Below, in pieces: positions 25,986 to 39,745 of a stretch of 64,000 bases of DNA. The DNA is from Eledone cirrhosa. Taxonomy: Eukaryota. The position numbers and the translations under genes were made by a program. The notes under the pieces are model-generated. The model saw only the letters and a program-made list of their open reading frames with translations, searched no databases and was not told where the DNA came from. Numbering within the stretch: position 1 is the stretch's first letter; the number at the start of each line of letters is the position of its first letter. The stretch lies in NCBI GenBank assembly GCA_964016885.1, contig OZ024749.1:1302001-1366000 (forward strand). Reading direction: 5' to 3'.

Positions 25986-26510
25986 TATTACTCCAAGTAT
26001 AACCTGCACAGGAATTACTGTGAACTCGCTGCTTAACTATGGAAACATGTTGAGTCAAACAAAGCCATACGTTAAAACTCTCCACGACACAGAGAACTCA
26101 CAACCTCTAACTGGATTACCTATAACGATAACTTGTTATCCCATATATATAGAATGGTGTGCTCATGTGGGGAGATGCTATAAAGTAGGTTATAAAATAG
26201 AGGGAAGATCTTTAAAGAGGGAAACCGATGTTGCTAATAGATGCTATGAGGAATTGAACCCCATATCTATCAGACGTATATATCATCATCATCATCACAT
26301 CTGCATAGACCAAGTCAGTATTTAAGCAGGGCTACTGATCTCCCAAACAGGCTAGGAATCTGCGTCTCAGTTATGTATGGTCTAACGTTCTTCTGAGTGC
26401 ACATGAGAGGTTATCATGTCTTTGACACAACTGCAAAGTCCTCCAAACCTTTGGTTTGACAAACTTTCTACAGCTCGATGCCCTTCCTAACACCAACCAC
26501 TTTAGAGTAT

Positions 26511-26856
26511 TCAGTTGTCCCCCAGTATTCCAGGGTGTTACATGCCTAGAGCACCTGCGGAGAGTTAAAAACCATGAATATTGGACGTGGTCCATAAAAA
26601 TACCTGTAAACATGAAAACATAACGTAAGACATAGGCCGGCAAATACGGAATATTGTTATTAATAATTTAGTGTTAAAAGCGTGAAATATACAAATTCTA
26701 ACGAAAAAGCCATAAAAAATCATGGAAGATATTTACGATTCCATGAATATGAGGTAGTTTCCAATTATTGGTTAGGTTCTAAGGGAAATTCCCCGAAGAA
26801 CCAGAAACATGAATGTCAGGGCTGCGAATAACCAGAAATGCCGAGGTGTCACTGTA
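26511..26856. mobile_element. Tigger/pogo-like non-autonomous DNA transposon
   Basis: CAGT..CCCCC start and CGAGGTGTCACTGTA end; homologous to 31633-32385. Confidence 0.65.
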
Positions 26857-27104
26857 TATGCACCATATAGGTTTATGCATTTCTCGCATAAACTTCAAAA
26901 ATATTATATTGTCATCATCTTATTCTTTGAAAGCCTTTAGTTATCAGATGAAGATGTGCGGAGGAAAACGTGGAGTTATTATAGAGAAGTTAACACCTTC
27001 AATTTATTGAACAATAAATAGAGAAAACTGTTCTAGTATTTAGGAGTTATCTCTATTGCGTCATTTTTATAACACATCTACAATATACATGCAGTGTATG
27101 TACA

Positions 27105-27130
27105 TCTCTCTCTATATATATATACACATA

Positions 27131-27168
<38 letters not shown>

Positions 27169-27174
27169 AAGAGG

Positions 27175-27206
<32 letters not shown>

Positions 27207-27390
27207 GAGTGAGGTATCATTGAAATTTTTGTGTCTCACTGTGTCTGTATATATATATGTGTGTGTGTGTGTATCTGTCTGTGTCTGTATATGTGTGTGT
27301 ATGTGTGTGTGTGTGTGTATCTGTCTGTGTCTGTATATATATATATATGTGTGTGTATCTGTGTGTGTCCATGTCTGTATATATATTTAC
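27105..27390. repeat. (TA)/(GA)/(TG) microsatellite cluster
   Basis: Direct reading. Confidence 0.9.
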
Positions 27391-27413
27391 ATAATAAACA
27401 ACACAATATAACT

Positions 27414-27485
27414 ATTCCATTACCAAAGGTTTCAGGAAACTAGACAATTCTTACAGAAACATCCAACTGATTCATCAGATGAAAT
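27414..27485 (-). ncRNA. Type I hammerhead ribozyme
   Basis: AUUUCAU-CUGAUGA-..AGUUGGAUG/UGUCUAGUU..-GAAA-CCUUUGG-UA^-AUGGAAU; 7-bp stem I. Confidence 0.78.
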
Positions 27486-28149
27486 AATTATCAAATAGCT
27501 CTGTACTATACATAGAGCACTCTTCTTTCCTTTACCTTTTCTACAGAAATACTTAGCACATATATGTGTGTGTGTGTGTGTCTATGTCTCTATATATGTG
27601 TGTATGTATATTGAATATGAAAATCAAATCTCAAAAGGAAAGCTCCAGTAATATATTTGCCATCATATACTACAGCTTCCATCTTGTAAATCACATTAGA
27701 AAAGAGAATTTTTTAAATTTATAACAGAACTAAACAAAAATTCATTTTTCTCAATCTTTGTGATACACAAGAGAAATCTTAAACTCTAGTCAATGTTATA
27801 TCGAAGGAAAAAAATAATATTTTTTTACATTTTATTATACAAGTTTTGCTTAAAAAAACCCAACAAAACTGAATATCTTTTATATCTTAAATAAAATTTG
27901 TCTCTCCACAGGACAAACAATTTAATAAGAAACTCTCACAAAACTTCACAGGTATTTTATTTTATTTTATTTTCTATTTTTATTTTTGTTGTATTTTTGT
28001 TGTTCTGTTCTCTCACAGTTTTGAGTCTCTACTTTCCTATTTGATATAATCTCTCTGTACATACACACACACATATATATTTATATTTAAATATATATAT
28101 AAATATATATACACACTGTATACATACATATTAGATACACACATATATA

Positions 28150-28384
28150 GACCGAAGCTGAAGCATGTATACAGTATGCAGCACCCCACCCCACCCTCCC
28201 ATACATCTCCCATGAGGGCAGTATGAAGCCCTCAGCCCACACTGTAAAGTGGTGATGATGGTGACAAGGCAAAAAGTGCCCAATCGACACTGTAAAGTGG
28301 TTGTGCTGGTGACATGACAAAAAAGCACCCATTACTCACTGTAAATGAGGTTGGTGTTAGGAAGGGCCTCCAACTGTAGAAACC
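28150..28384 (+). mobile_element. RTE LINE 3' UTR fragment truncated by the hammerhead palindrome
   Basis: Family 47-bp subrepeats and GGTGTTAGGAAGGGC. Confidence 0.75.
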
Positions 28385-28552
28385 GTACGTCCTCGTCAGA
28401 TAAAATACATGAATCGATGTATGACATACCAAGACAGTCTTGATGGTTCAATTCCAGTATTGGCAGTGAATTGCCAATACTGGAATTGAACCACCAAGAC
28501 CGTTGAGGTGTGTCATACATCAATTCATGTATTTTATCTGACGAGGACGTAC
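28385..28552. repeat. ~81-bp-arm imperfect palindrome
   Basis: 28385-28465 versus 28472-28552; loop GTGAAT. Confidence 0.92.
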
Positions 28553-28593
28553 TAAAAAAACACCACAGTACCTTCGAAATATATATAATAAAA
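28532..28593 (+). ncRNA. Type I hammerhead ribozyme
   Basis: UUUUAU-CUGACGA-GGACGUACU/AGUACCUUC-GAAA-UAUAUA-UA^-AUAAAA. Confidence 0.82.
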
Positions 28594-28637
28594 CATATAT
28601 TTTGATTATGTGAATGTCTTCATTTATTAATATTCTG

Positions 28638-28698
<61 letters not shown>

Positions 28699-28721
28699 AA
28701 TAATATATATATTGTAATAAT

Positions 28722-29110
28722 ATCATCATCATCATTATCATCATCATCAACGTTTAACGTCCGTGTTCCACGCTTGCATGGGTTTGGACGGGGGTTTTCC
28801 CACTTGAGGCAAGAGTGATTATCTTGCTCGCATAGGACTGTCTGGCGGGTTTTCTACAGCTGGATGCCCTTCCTAACACCAACCACATTTACAGTGTGGG
28901 GCTGGGAGGTTTTTACCGTGTTGCCTACACGGCCACATTACAGCGTGGACTGTCTGGCGGGTTTTCTACAGCTAGATGCCCTTCCTAACACCAACCACAT
29001 TTACAGTGTGGGGCTGGGAGGTTTTTACCGTGTTGCCTACACGGCCACATTACAGCGTGGACTGTGTGTTTTTTTTGTCGTGACAGCTACACGATCTCAT
29101 TTGTTTCGGC
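28722..29110 (-). mobile_element. RTE LINE 3' UTR with internal ~112-bp tandem duplication
   Basis: (ATC)n tail; GGACTGTCTGGCGGG..CCACATTACAGCGTGG occurs twice. Confidence 0.8.
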
Positions 29111-29494
29111 CTGGATGTTGTGGCACCAACATAACTTTGCATTGAAAGGGGCGGTGTGGATGGGGTGGGGGTGGTGGGGGTGTATTGTAATAATATATAT
29201 ATTGTAATAATAATGAAATTATTGTGTACACACAATTTTAGAGAATATATATATATAAACACTTACACACATATATACATACACAGATTAGTTTGAGATA
29301 ACCATATTTGGCAATATATTTATGCTTTGATAGCCACAAAAATGTTTAATTCTCAAACTAAATTGGTCCTTTTAAATATTATCAACTAATTTGGTGAAAT
29401 GTAAAAATATAAAAAATGGCAGATCTGTTGTGTTATAATGAAATAAGAAATATATTGTAAGAATCTGACTAGTTCCAAATAGAATAGACAACAT

Positions 29495-29705
29495 TCATTT
29501 CATCATCATTACCATCGCCACGGAAATCATTCTCACCACCACCACCATCATCATCATCAGCAGCAGCAGCACCATCATCACCACCATCATCATCACTACC
29601 ACCACCATCACCACCACCATCATTATCACCATCATCATCACCATTGTCTCCAACATCATCACCACCACCACCACCATCACCACCATTATCATCACCAACA
29701 TCATT
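29495..29705. repeat. (CAT/CAC)n trinucleotide low-complexity tract
   Basis: Direct reading. Confidence 0.9.
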
Positions 29706-29907
29706 TTGTTGTTTGAATTTTTTTGATTTGTTTTCACATATTTCTATCTTCTTGTTATAACCTTTTTACACGGCCAAAACCCACATCGTACCGTCCTGTA
29801 CCGTCTCTAATGTTTTTCTTCATGTCAGCCCTTGTGGCCCATAAAGAAACCATTATTATTATTATCATTATTATTATTATCGTTATTATTATTATCGTTA
29901 TTATATG

Positions 29908-30048
29908 AAGGTGATGGATTGGCAGAATCAATAGAGTGTCGAACAATATGCTTTGCAGCAGAGTTATGGCCCTTTACGTTCGATTTAACCGACTTGCCCC
30001 TCCCCCAACATTGCTGGCCTTGTGTCTAAAGTAGAAACAATTATTATT
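29908..30048 (+). mobile_element. SINE family A, internally deleted
   Basis: GGATTGGCAGAATC head and AAAGTAGAAACAATTATT tail. Confidence 0.7.
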
Positions 30049-30220
30049 GTTGTTGTTGTTGTTGTCCTATTCAGTGTTTTGTTATTGTCTTTGTTGTTGT
30101 TGTTGTTGTTGTTGTTATTGGAAGGTGGTATTGCTGCTGTTGTTATTGTTGCTGTTGATGGTGTTAATGGTGGAGTTGGAGTTGGTGTAGTTACTGTTGT
30201 TGGTGATGGTGTGACAGTTA

Positions 30221-30265
<45 letters not shown>

Positions 30266-30585
30266 TTGTTGTTGTTGTCGTTGCTACTACAATTGTTGGT
30301 GTAAAAAATAGTAGTGGTGGTGGTGATGGGGTAACTACTAATGTAATGGTGGTGGTGGTGGTGTAACTACTAATGTCAATGGTAGTGGTGGTGGTGTAAC
30401 TACTAATGTCAATGGTGGTGGTGGTGGTGTAACTACTAATGTCAATGGTAGTGGTGGTGGTGGTGGTGTAACTACTAATGTCAATGGTGGTGGTGGTGGT
30501 GTAACTACTAATGTCAATGGTGGTGGTGGTGGTGTAACTACTAATGTCAATGGTAGTGGTGGATGTGCTACTGTTGTTGTTAGTA
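30045..30585. repeat. (GTT)/(GCT)/(GGT)n tract and ~33-bp GTAACTACTAATGTCAAT(GGT)n repeat
   Basis: Direct reading. Confidence 0.9.
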
Positions 30586-30596
30586 ACAGTGTGTAT

Positions 30597-31258
30597 ATCA
30601 TCATCATCACCATTTTACGTCCGTTCTTCCACACTAGCATGGGTTAGACGGGTTGTCGTGTTGTGGGCAGTGTCCGGTCGGCTGACCTTGTCTTGCTCAT
30701 ACAGGAACTGATTCTGGTTTGATTTCTACAGCTGGATGCCCTTCCTAACACCACCCTCATTTACAGTGAGTGCTGGGTGCTTTTTTGCCGTGGCGCCTAC
30801 ACGACCACTTTACAGTGGGAGGGTGTGGGGGCATATTGTCCATATGCTTCAACTTCGGCTTGTACCCGTGGGGGGTTGGGTCTTCAATTATTACTGTGTG
30901 ACGCCAGAGGTCACAGTCGTGTGTCATCACTTTGAGAGGTGAAATTGGGTAAGGTCGGCTTTTATCACCTCATCCCAGGTCTTCTTGGGTCTCCCCACTC
31001 CGTGGTTTCCATCGACTTCTAGTGCTCTGCACCTTTTTATGCAGCTGTCATCCTTCATACGCATCACATGTCCATACCAACGCAACCTCCTCTCCTGCAC
31101 ACAGCATTTGATTCCTCTTGTGCTCAGTCTCTTTCTCAATTCATTTATACTTTGCCGTTCGCGTATATTACTATTACACGTCCATCAGAGCATGCAGGCT
31201 TCGTTTCTTTCTAATCTACGCAAGTCTTCTACAAACAACGCCCAGGTCTCACTACCAT
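30597..31258 (-). mobile_element. 5'-truncated RTE LINE (PHD family)
   Basis: RRLRWYGHVMRMKDDSCIKRC.. plus 3' UTR and tail. Confidence 0.92.
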
Positions 31259-31347
31259 ATATATATTTCTTTTTTGTTCTCTATTTTCTCTGCTTATATC
31301 GTCTTTGTTTGTGTTTGCTGTAATTCCTTTATTGGTTAACTAATTAT

Positions 31348-31408
31348 GTAATCTGATGATGTCGCCAGGATTTTATGTAACCTGGCCATTGAAATATACA
31401 TAAGATTT
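31348..31408 (+). ncRNA. Hammerhead motif, diverged relative of 4635-4694
   Basis: CUGAUGA-UGUC-GCCAGG/CCUGGC-CAUU-GAAA; downstream TTCACCAGTTTGGCCTCCTGT matches ~4712-4733; stem I imperfect. Confidence 0.6.
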
Positions 31409-31468
31409 TTGTAACAATAAAACTATAAGGTAATTTCACCAGTTTGGCCTCCTGTCATTTTAATCAAA

Positions 31469-31511
<43 letters not shown>

Positions 31512-31632
31512 GGGGGGGGGCGTAAAGCATTGTGTAAAGTATAGGAAATTGTTTTGTTTAAAGGCTACCAGAATGTGAATTGTATGGTAGATGTTAAAAA
31601 TATGATAACAATGATATTGGGATGTTACATAT

Positions 31633-32383
31633 ATAGAGTAGTACCTCGGAATTTATAGGGGTTACGTCCTAGAGCCCCTGCAAAGAGTGAAAAACTGTGA
31701 ATATTGGATGTGGTCCATAAAAATGCCTACTAACGTCAAAATATAATAAAAGAAGTGGGAGCATCTTATGCAAAGGGTTGTCCAATAGGCCGACAAATAC
31801 AATATATTGTTATTAATAATTTTGGAGGCACATGGCTTAGTGGTTAGATCATTGACCTTGCAATCAAAAGGTTGTGAGTTCAATTCTCAGACCGGGTGAT
31901 GTGTTGTTTCCTTGAGCAAGACACTTTATTTCACATTGCTCCAGTTTACTCAGCTGTAGAAATGAGATGATAGGGACTGGGGTCCCTATAATTCCACTGC
32001 AAAGTGGTCATGGAGGTGCCATGGCAAAAAAGCACCCAGCCCACACTGTAAAGTGGACTTGTAGACGCCACAGAAAAAAAGCACCCAGCACTCACTGTAA
32101 ATGAGGTTGGTGTTAGGAAGGGCATCCAGCTGTAGAAATCAAGCCAGAATCAGTTCCCGTCCCACCCTTGCAAGCAGGGAAAAGTGGACGTAAAATGATG
32201 ATGATGATGATGAAATGATGATATATTTCCATGAAAAAAGCCATTAAAAAAATCACGGAAGATATTTACATTTCTGTGAATATGCGGTAGTTTCCACAAA
32301 CAATTATTAGTTAGGTTCTAAGGAAAATTCTGCGAATAACCGAGACCACAAATGTTGGGACTGCGAATTCTGGGGTCACACTG

Positions 32384-32385
<2 letters not shown>
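31633..32385. mobile_element. Tigger/pogo-like element with nested SINE and RTE 3' end
   Basis: AGTAGTACCTCG..CACACTGTA; collinear with 26511-26856 apart from an insert at ~31824-32222. Confidence 0.7.
31824..31975 (+). mobile_element. tRNA-derived SINE (family B)
   Basis: A box TGGCTTAGTGG and B box GAGTTCAATTC. Confidence 0.78.
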
Positions 32386-32415
<30 letters not shown>

Positions 32416-32446
32416 CATATATATATGTATGTATATACGTGGAAGT

Positions 32447-34330
32447 ATACATGGAAGTGCCACTATGAAAGACTACTAAATGATGAGAATGAATGGGATA
32501 AAGATAGTTTGCCCCAAGTTGATTCAACACAGGGACCGGTTGTACAAGTTAGCAGTAGTATAGTAAGTAAGGCAATCAAAGATATGAAGACAGGCAAAGC
32601 AGCTGGACCTTTGGGGATAGTTGCTGAGATGTTGAAAGCACCTGGAAGGATGGGACACACTATGGTCACTCGGATAGTAAACCAAGTAATACAGAATGAG
32701 GTCATACCAAATGACTGGTGTAGTAACATCATTGTTAACTGCTACAAAGGCAAAGGAGATGCTCTAGGCAAAGAAAACTATAGAGGCTTTAAGTCAGTTG
32801 ACTAGGTCATGAAGGTCATAGAAAGAGTTATCGCACAGCTGATTAGGGACTGAGTTAACTTAGATGAGATGCAGTTTGGATTTGTACCAGGTAAAAGTAC
32901 TACAGATGCTCTCGTCCTTGTGAGCCAAATGTAAGCGAAGTACCTAGCTAAAAGTAAACCCCTTCACTTAGATTTTGTTGACTTGGAGAAAGCATTTGCC
33001 AGAATCCCCTGTTCCATTACCTGGTGGGGATTTAGATAACTAGGAGTAGATGAATGGTTTGTGGGAGCTATACAATCCATGTATAGAGGAACAGTCAGCA
33101 AGGTTAGAATTAACAATGAATATAGTGAAGAATTTAGCTTACAACTAGGTGTTCATCAGGGCTCCGTCCTTAACCCCCTCCTCTTTATTATTGTTCTACA
33201 GGCTATAACAGAAGAGTTTAAGACTGGCTGCCCATGGGAACTTCTATATGCAGATGATCTAACTTTCATAACTGAATCTATGGCAGAACTAGAGAAGAAA
33301 TTCCAAACCTGGAAGCATGGCCTAGAATCTAAAGGTCATGAAGTCAACTTTGCAAAGACCAATGTACTAGTTTATAGAAAGGAAAATAGGGCACAGATTC
33401 CCTCTGGGAAATTGCCTTGCTCAATATGTAGGAAAGGAGTAGGTTGAAATTCCATTCTATGTCCCAAATAGGATCTCAGGCAGGCTAGCAAAGAAAGTAA
33501 GTTTTATATGTGGCCATTGCACAGGTGCAGTAAATAGCAAGTGCCCACAGGATAATAACACCTTCAAAATGCCTAGATGACTCTAGAAATAGTCGATAGT
33601 TTCCATTACTTGTGGGATGAAGTTAGCAGTGGAGGAGGGTGTTCTGAAAGCACAGTAGCCAGAGTAAGAACATGGAGCTACTACTGTTGCTAGCTACAAA
33701 TAGTTTTTCTCTTAAAATGAAAGGCAGACTGTACATTGCGTGCATACAAGCAGCAATGTTACATGGTAGTGAGACCTGGGCACTGTGTGCAGAGGACCTG
33801 CGAAGACTGAAAAGAAATGATGTGTAATAGTAATATACAGGAACAGCCAAGCATAAATGAACTGCAAGAGAAACTTGGCATAAGAGGGATGAGATGCAGT
33901 GTGCAGGAGAGGAGATTACGTTGGTATGGTCATGTGATGCATATGAAAGATGACAGCTGTATAAAGAGGTGCAGGGTGATCAAAGTTGATGGAAGCTATG
34001 AAGTAGGCAGACCCAGGAAGACCTGGAATGAGGTGATAAAACCTGACCTTGCACACTTGCACCTCTCAAAAGCAAGGACACAGGATTGAGGTCTTTGGCG
34101 TTATGCAGTAATACCGAAGACCCAACTTCCCATATGTATGGACTGTAAGATACATCTAGTAGGCATCTCTTAACCATTTACCTGACTTCCATACACCACC
34201 AACGCCCCAACAACCACACACCCACCCACTTCTGTCCACACCACCCTTACACTGTAAAGTAGGTGTCATGACAAAAAGCACCCAGCTAACACTAAAGTGG
34301 TCATGTAGGTGTCACGGCAAAAAGCACCCA
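32447..34330 (+). mobile_element. Degenerate RTE LINE (PHD family), RT to 3' UTR
   Basis: GVHQGSVLNPLLF, CPWELLYADD, WYGHVM. Confidence 0.93.
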
Positions 34331-34900
34331 TCATCATCTTCATCGTTTTTACATCTGTTTTTCCAAGCTTGCATGGGTTGGACAGGTCTTCCTCAGTACG
34401 GCATATCTCCACTCGCCACATTTCCTCATTTCTGTGAGTCTCAGCAATTTGAGATCAGTTCTCACTGCCTCTGCACAGGTCTTTCTCAGTCTACCTCAAC
34501 CATACCGACATAGCCTTCTCTCCTGCACACTACCTCGAATTCCTCTTAAACACAACTTCTCCCTCAGTTCATCCAAGCTCTGCCTTTCTTTCACATTTAT
34601 GTTGCACATCCAATGAAGCTTGGCTGCTTCATATCTCTCTAGTCTACGCATGTCTTCTGCAGTCACTGCCCAGGTTTCACTACCATGCAATGTCATATTT
34701 CATACATAGGCATCATAAAGTCATCCTTTTGTACGTAAGGAGAAACCTTTTGTTGTCAACAGTGGGTATAGCTCTCTAAACTTCTTCTATCCCATCCTTA
34801 CTCTAGCTATTATGCTCTCAGAGCACCTTCTCCCACTGCTAATTAAGCCACCTAGATAGCAGAAGCTATCAACCAGTTCTATGGACCCTTCCTGTGACTT
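34330..34900 (-). mobile_element. RTE LINE 3' fragment, older subfamily
   Basis: LHGSETWAVTAEDMRRLER. Confidence 0.85.
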
Positions 34901-36165
34901 GAACAGGTTTGTTAGATTAATAAAGCCATCTAAAAAATTTATTATTTAAAAATTATAAGGAGTGTTTTTGTTTGAACAATAATTCATAAATATGGAAGAA
35001 AATCTGCCTGAAGCAGCAGCTCAACTTTAAAATGGAGATGGTTTAATGAAAAATGTCCGTTTATACAAGTGTGAACATGGGAAGAGTAGTGAGGGTGTTG
35101 GTGTTTGATTGATATTCAACTATTGGCTACATTAAATAAGATCTAGAGAGACAAATACATATGTTAAAAATCTGATAACCTCTCTAGTGCTAGTGTCACA
35201 ATAAAATACACTTGGTAGAGCACGAGACCATATGTAAATGAGATTCAGACGACCAGCTTGTCTGGGAGGTCAGTGACCATGCATCAGGACTGACTTGACC
35301 AATAATGACCCATGTAACCCATGCTAGCAGGGAAAGCTGGTGTTAAATGATCATGATCAGCAGTCACTCATGTGTGCAAGTCTCCCTTCACAACACTACT
35401 GATGTTCAAGAACCAATACACCTTGGCACTACTGATGTTGCAGTGGAATTCAGAATTGAAAATACAAAGGTGAAAAAGAGTCTCACCATTTGCCCTTCAC
35501 ATCTGATGTTCCAACAATTCAGTTAACCCTTTACCCTTCACAACAACACAGTTAATCTCTTGCCCTTTATTGCTATTTTATTTATCAACCTGGAATGGAT
35601 GAAAGCAAAGTTGACGTTGGTGGGATTTGAACTCAAAGAGCTGAAACAAACACGGCAATGTATAATCTGATACAACAAAAGATTCAACAATTATAGTCTT
35701 ACCATGATTTACTCCTTCATATTCCATATATTTTACATATTCCATAAAGGTTTCAACACAAATGAAGAAAGCAGTTATGAAAAAACAATAGAAACCCTGA
35801 AGAAGGAAAGTAAAATTCTTAAACTCTGCAGTATTTCCTCAAATGTACATATCTAGAGCTAGAAAACGTTTTAACAGTATCTTTTGGGAGTACATTAAAT
35901 AAGAAGTGAAGAGATATACAACTACATGTGTTAAAACCTCAATAAAACATCTTTTTATAGAGGAAACATAAAATGTGTTGCTTGCATTTGAAGTTTGCAG
36001 CCCCATCACAGCACATAAAATAAATCCACCACTTGGTTACAAAAAAGACATAAATGATCTTAAAAGAAATGTACTGACACAGCGACCACAAGAGAGGTAG
36101 TTCATGGGTTTGATGGAAGTGGGATTCAGTGTGTCTATGTGTATACATGTATATGTGTGTATATA

Positions 36166-36220
<55 letters not shown>

Positions 36221-36311
36221 ATGTATGTAGGTATGTATTAGAATTTCGTATTTCTAAAGAAATACGGTATGTTTATAAATAAATATTTAGAAACCCGTAG
36301 CTATGCAAAAA

Positions 36312-38320
36312 ACACCGCACTACACCGCACTACACCACACTACACCGGACTACACCACACTACACCACACTACTACACCACACTACACCACACTACACCG
36401 CACTACACCACACTACACCACACTATACTACACCGAACTATACCACACTACACCACACTATACCACACTACTCCACACTGCACCACACTACACCACACTA
36501 CACTATGCTACACCTCACTACACCACACTACACCACACTACACCACACTACACCACACTACACTACACCACACTGCACCGCACTACACCACACTACACCA
36601 CACTAGACCACACTACACCGCACTACACTACACTACACTACACCTCACTACACCACACTACACCACACTACATCACACTAGACTACACTACACTACACTA
36701 CACCACACTACACCACACTACACCACACTACACTACACCACACTGCACCGCGCTACACCACACTACACCACACTACACCACACTAGACCACACTACACCG
36801 CACTACACCTCACTACACTACACCTCACTACACCACACCGCACTACACCACACTAGACTACACTACACTACACTACACCACACTACACCGCACTACACTA
36901 CACCACAGTACACCGCACTACACCACACTCCACCACACTATACCGCACTACACCATACTACACTACACTACACCACACTACACCGCACTACACTACACCA
37001 CACTACACCACACTACACCGCACTACACCACACTACACCGCACTACACCACACTACACTACACTACACTACACTACACCACACTACACCGCACTACACTA
37101 CACCACAGTACACCGCACTACACCACACTACACCACACTACACCACACTACACCACACTACACCGCACTACACCACACTACACCACACTACACCGCACTA
37201 CACCGCACTACACTACACCACACTACACCACACTACACCACACTACACCACACTACACCACACTACACCACACTACACCACACTACACCACACTACACCA
37301 CACTACACCGCACTACACCGCACTACACCACACTACACCACACTACACCGCACTACACCGCACTACACTACACCACACTACACCACACTACACCACACTA
37401 CACCACACTACACCGCACTACACCACACTACACCACACTACACTACACCGCACTACACCACACTACACCACACTACACCACACTACACCACACTACACCA
37501 CACTACACCACACTACACCGCACTACACCGCACTACACTACACCACACTACACCACACTACACCACACTACACCACACTACACCGCACTACACCACACTA
37601 CACCACACTACACTACACCGCACTACACCACACTACACCACACTACACCACACTACACCACACTACACCACACTACACCACACTACACCGCACTACACCG
37701 CACTACACTACACCACACTACACCACACTACACCACACTACACCACACTACACCGCACTACACCACACTACACCACACTACACCACACTACACCGCACTA
37801 CACCACACTACACCACACTACACTACACCGCACTACACCACACTACACCACACTACACCACACTACACCACACTACACCACACTACACCACACTACACCG
37901 CACTACACCGCACTACACTACACCACACTACACCACACTACACCGCACTACACCACACTACACCACACTACACTACACCGCACTACACCACACTACACCA
38001 CACTACACCACACTACACCGCACTACACCACACTACACCACACTACACCGCACTACACCGCACTACACTACACCACACTACACCACACTACACCACACTA
38101 CACCACACTACACCGCACTACACCACACTACACTGCACTACACCGCACTACACCGCACTACACCACACTACACCACACTAGACCACGCTAAACAACACTA
38201 CACCACACTACACCGCACTACACCACACTACACTGCACTACACCGCACTACACCGCACTACACCACACTACACCACACTAGACCACGCTAAACAACACTA
38301 CACCACACTACAGCACACTA
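36312..38320. repeat. (CACTACACCA)n 5/10-bp satellite, ~2 kb
   Basis: Direct reading; explains the 662-aa HTTPHY ORF. Confidence 0.97.
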
Positions 38321-38322
38321 AC

Positions 38323-39130
38323 ATTGCCTTTCATTCTTACGGGGTCGATAAAATAAAGTACCAGTAATGTACTGAGGTAATTGCTGGCCTTGTGCCTAAA
38401 GTAGAAACAATTATTATTAGGGTCAGACGCCATGCTTTGCAGCATAGAGTTACGCTCCTTTACAGTTTCAGTTCAAATCCTTACAGGATTGATAAAATAA
38501 AGCACCAGTAATCTACTGGGGTCGATTTAATCGACTTTCCCCCCCCCCCCCAAAATTACTGGCCTTGTGCCTATAGTAGAGTTCATTATTATCTGAGTTC
38601 AAATCCCACCAAGGTTAACTTTGCCTTTCATCCTTACAGGGTCGATAAAATAAAGTACCAGTAATGCACTTGGGTAATTGCTGGCCTTGTGCCAAAAGTA
38701 GAAACAATTATTATTATTAAGGGAGATGAATTGTCAGTATCGGTAGAGGGCTGGATGCCATGCTTTCTAGCATAGTTACGTCCCTTTACGGTCTGAGTTC
38801 AAATCCCGCCGAGGTTAACTTTGCCTTTCATCCTTACGGGGTCGATTAAATAAATTACTAGTAATACACTGGGGGTAATTGCTGGCCTTGTTCCAAAAGT
38901 AGAAACAATTATTATTAAGGGCGGTAGTAGAGCGTCAGGCACGATGCATTGCAGCTTAGTATTATGTCCCTTTATGTTCTAGTTCAAATCCCACTGAGGT
39001 TAGCTTTACCTTTCATCTTTAGGGGGTCGATAAAATAACGTACCAGTAATGCACTGGTGTCGATTTAATCAACCTTTCCCTCCGCTTCAAGTTGTCGGCC
39101 TTGTGCCTGAAATAGAAACAATTATTATTA
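38323..39130 (+). mobile_element. Cluster of ~5 head-to-tail SINE family A copies
   Basis: Core TTGCCTTTCATCC..AAAGTACCAGTAA..GTAGAAACAATTATT repeated with variable 5' truncation. Confidence 0.88.
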
Positions 39131-39269
39131 TTGAAACATGGCTGAGTGTCAAGTATAGCCCGAGTGAATATGCCTGCTCTGATTATGCAGATGGGAGGAG
39201 GACAATTGTTCAATTCAAAATAGCCACAATATATCCAATAACTGAAACAGTGGAGACATTGATAATAAT

Positions 39270-39745
39270 TAAGTTCTTCCCGTTCAATTCCTATTTAGAT
39301 AGACTTCCTTCACATTTCCTTTCATCTTCTCATTTAGGACTTTGTCAAACTCCAAAATGCCCAGATATTTGTACCTACAATCCTCAGGGTCACCAATTGA
39401 CTCTCTATCAGGTAACTCAATCCCACCACTATTTATATACCTACCCGTTTTCATAATCAGGGGGGGGGGGGCACACTTTGCAATACCAAACTCCATCCCA
39501 TTGTCCTTGCAACACCACTGGACAACTTTGACCAGTGAGTCAACCTGAGATCATCCCTTAAAAGTAATCTCTGTTTTCTATCTGATAGCCAGTGTGTGTA
39601 TTCCGTAAAACTGTTGATAATGGAATCATGACAATCACAAAAAGGAATGGTGAGAAGGAATCTCTTTGAAATATTCCTGTTCTTATATTAACCACACTTA
39701 GGTGCTTATTTCCTGTATACAAGTTTGTCTTCCACAAAGGCATGC
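39270..39745 (-). mobile_element. R4/Dong-clade non-LTR RT fragment
   Basis: GIFQRDSFSPFLFVIVMIPLS, MEFGIAKCA and YKYLGILE are motifs typical of R4/Dong RTs. Confidence 0.8.

Noticed and set aside
29495-30640. Hydrophobic and Pro-rich ORFs
   Set aside because: Translations of trinucleotide repeats.
36269-38291. 662-aa His/Thr-rich ORF
   Set aside because: A 5/10-bp satellite lacking stop codons, with a period not a multiple of 3.
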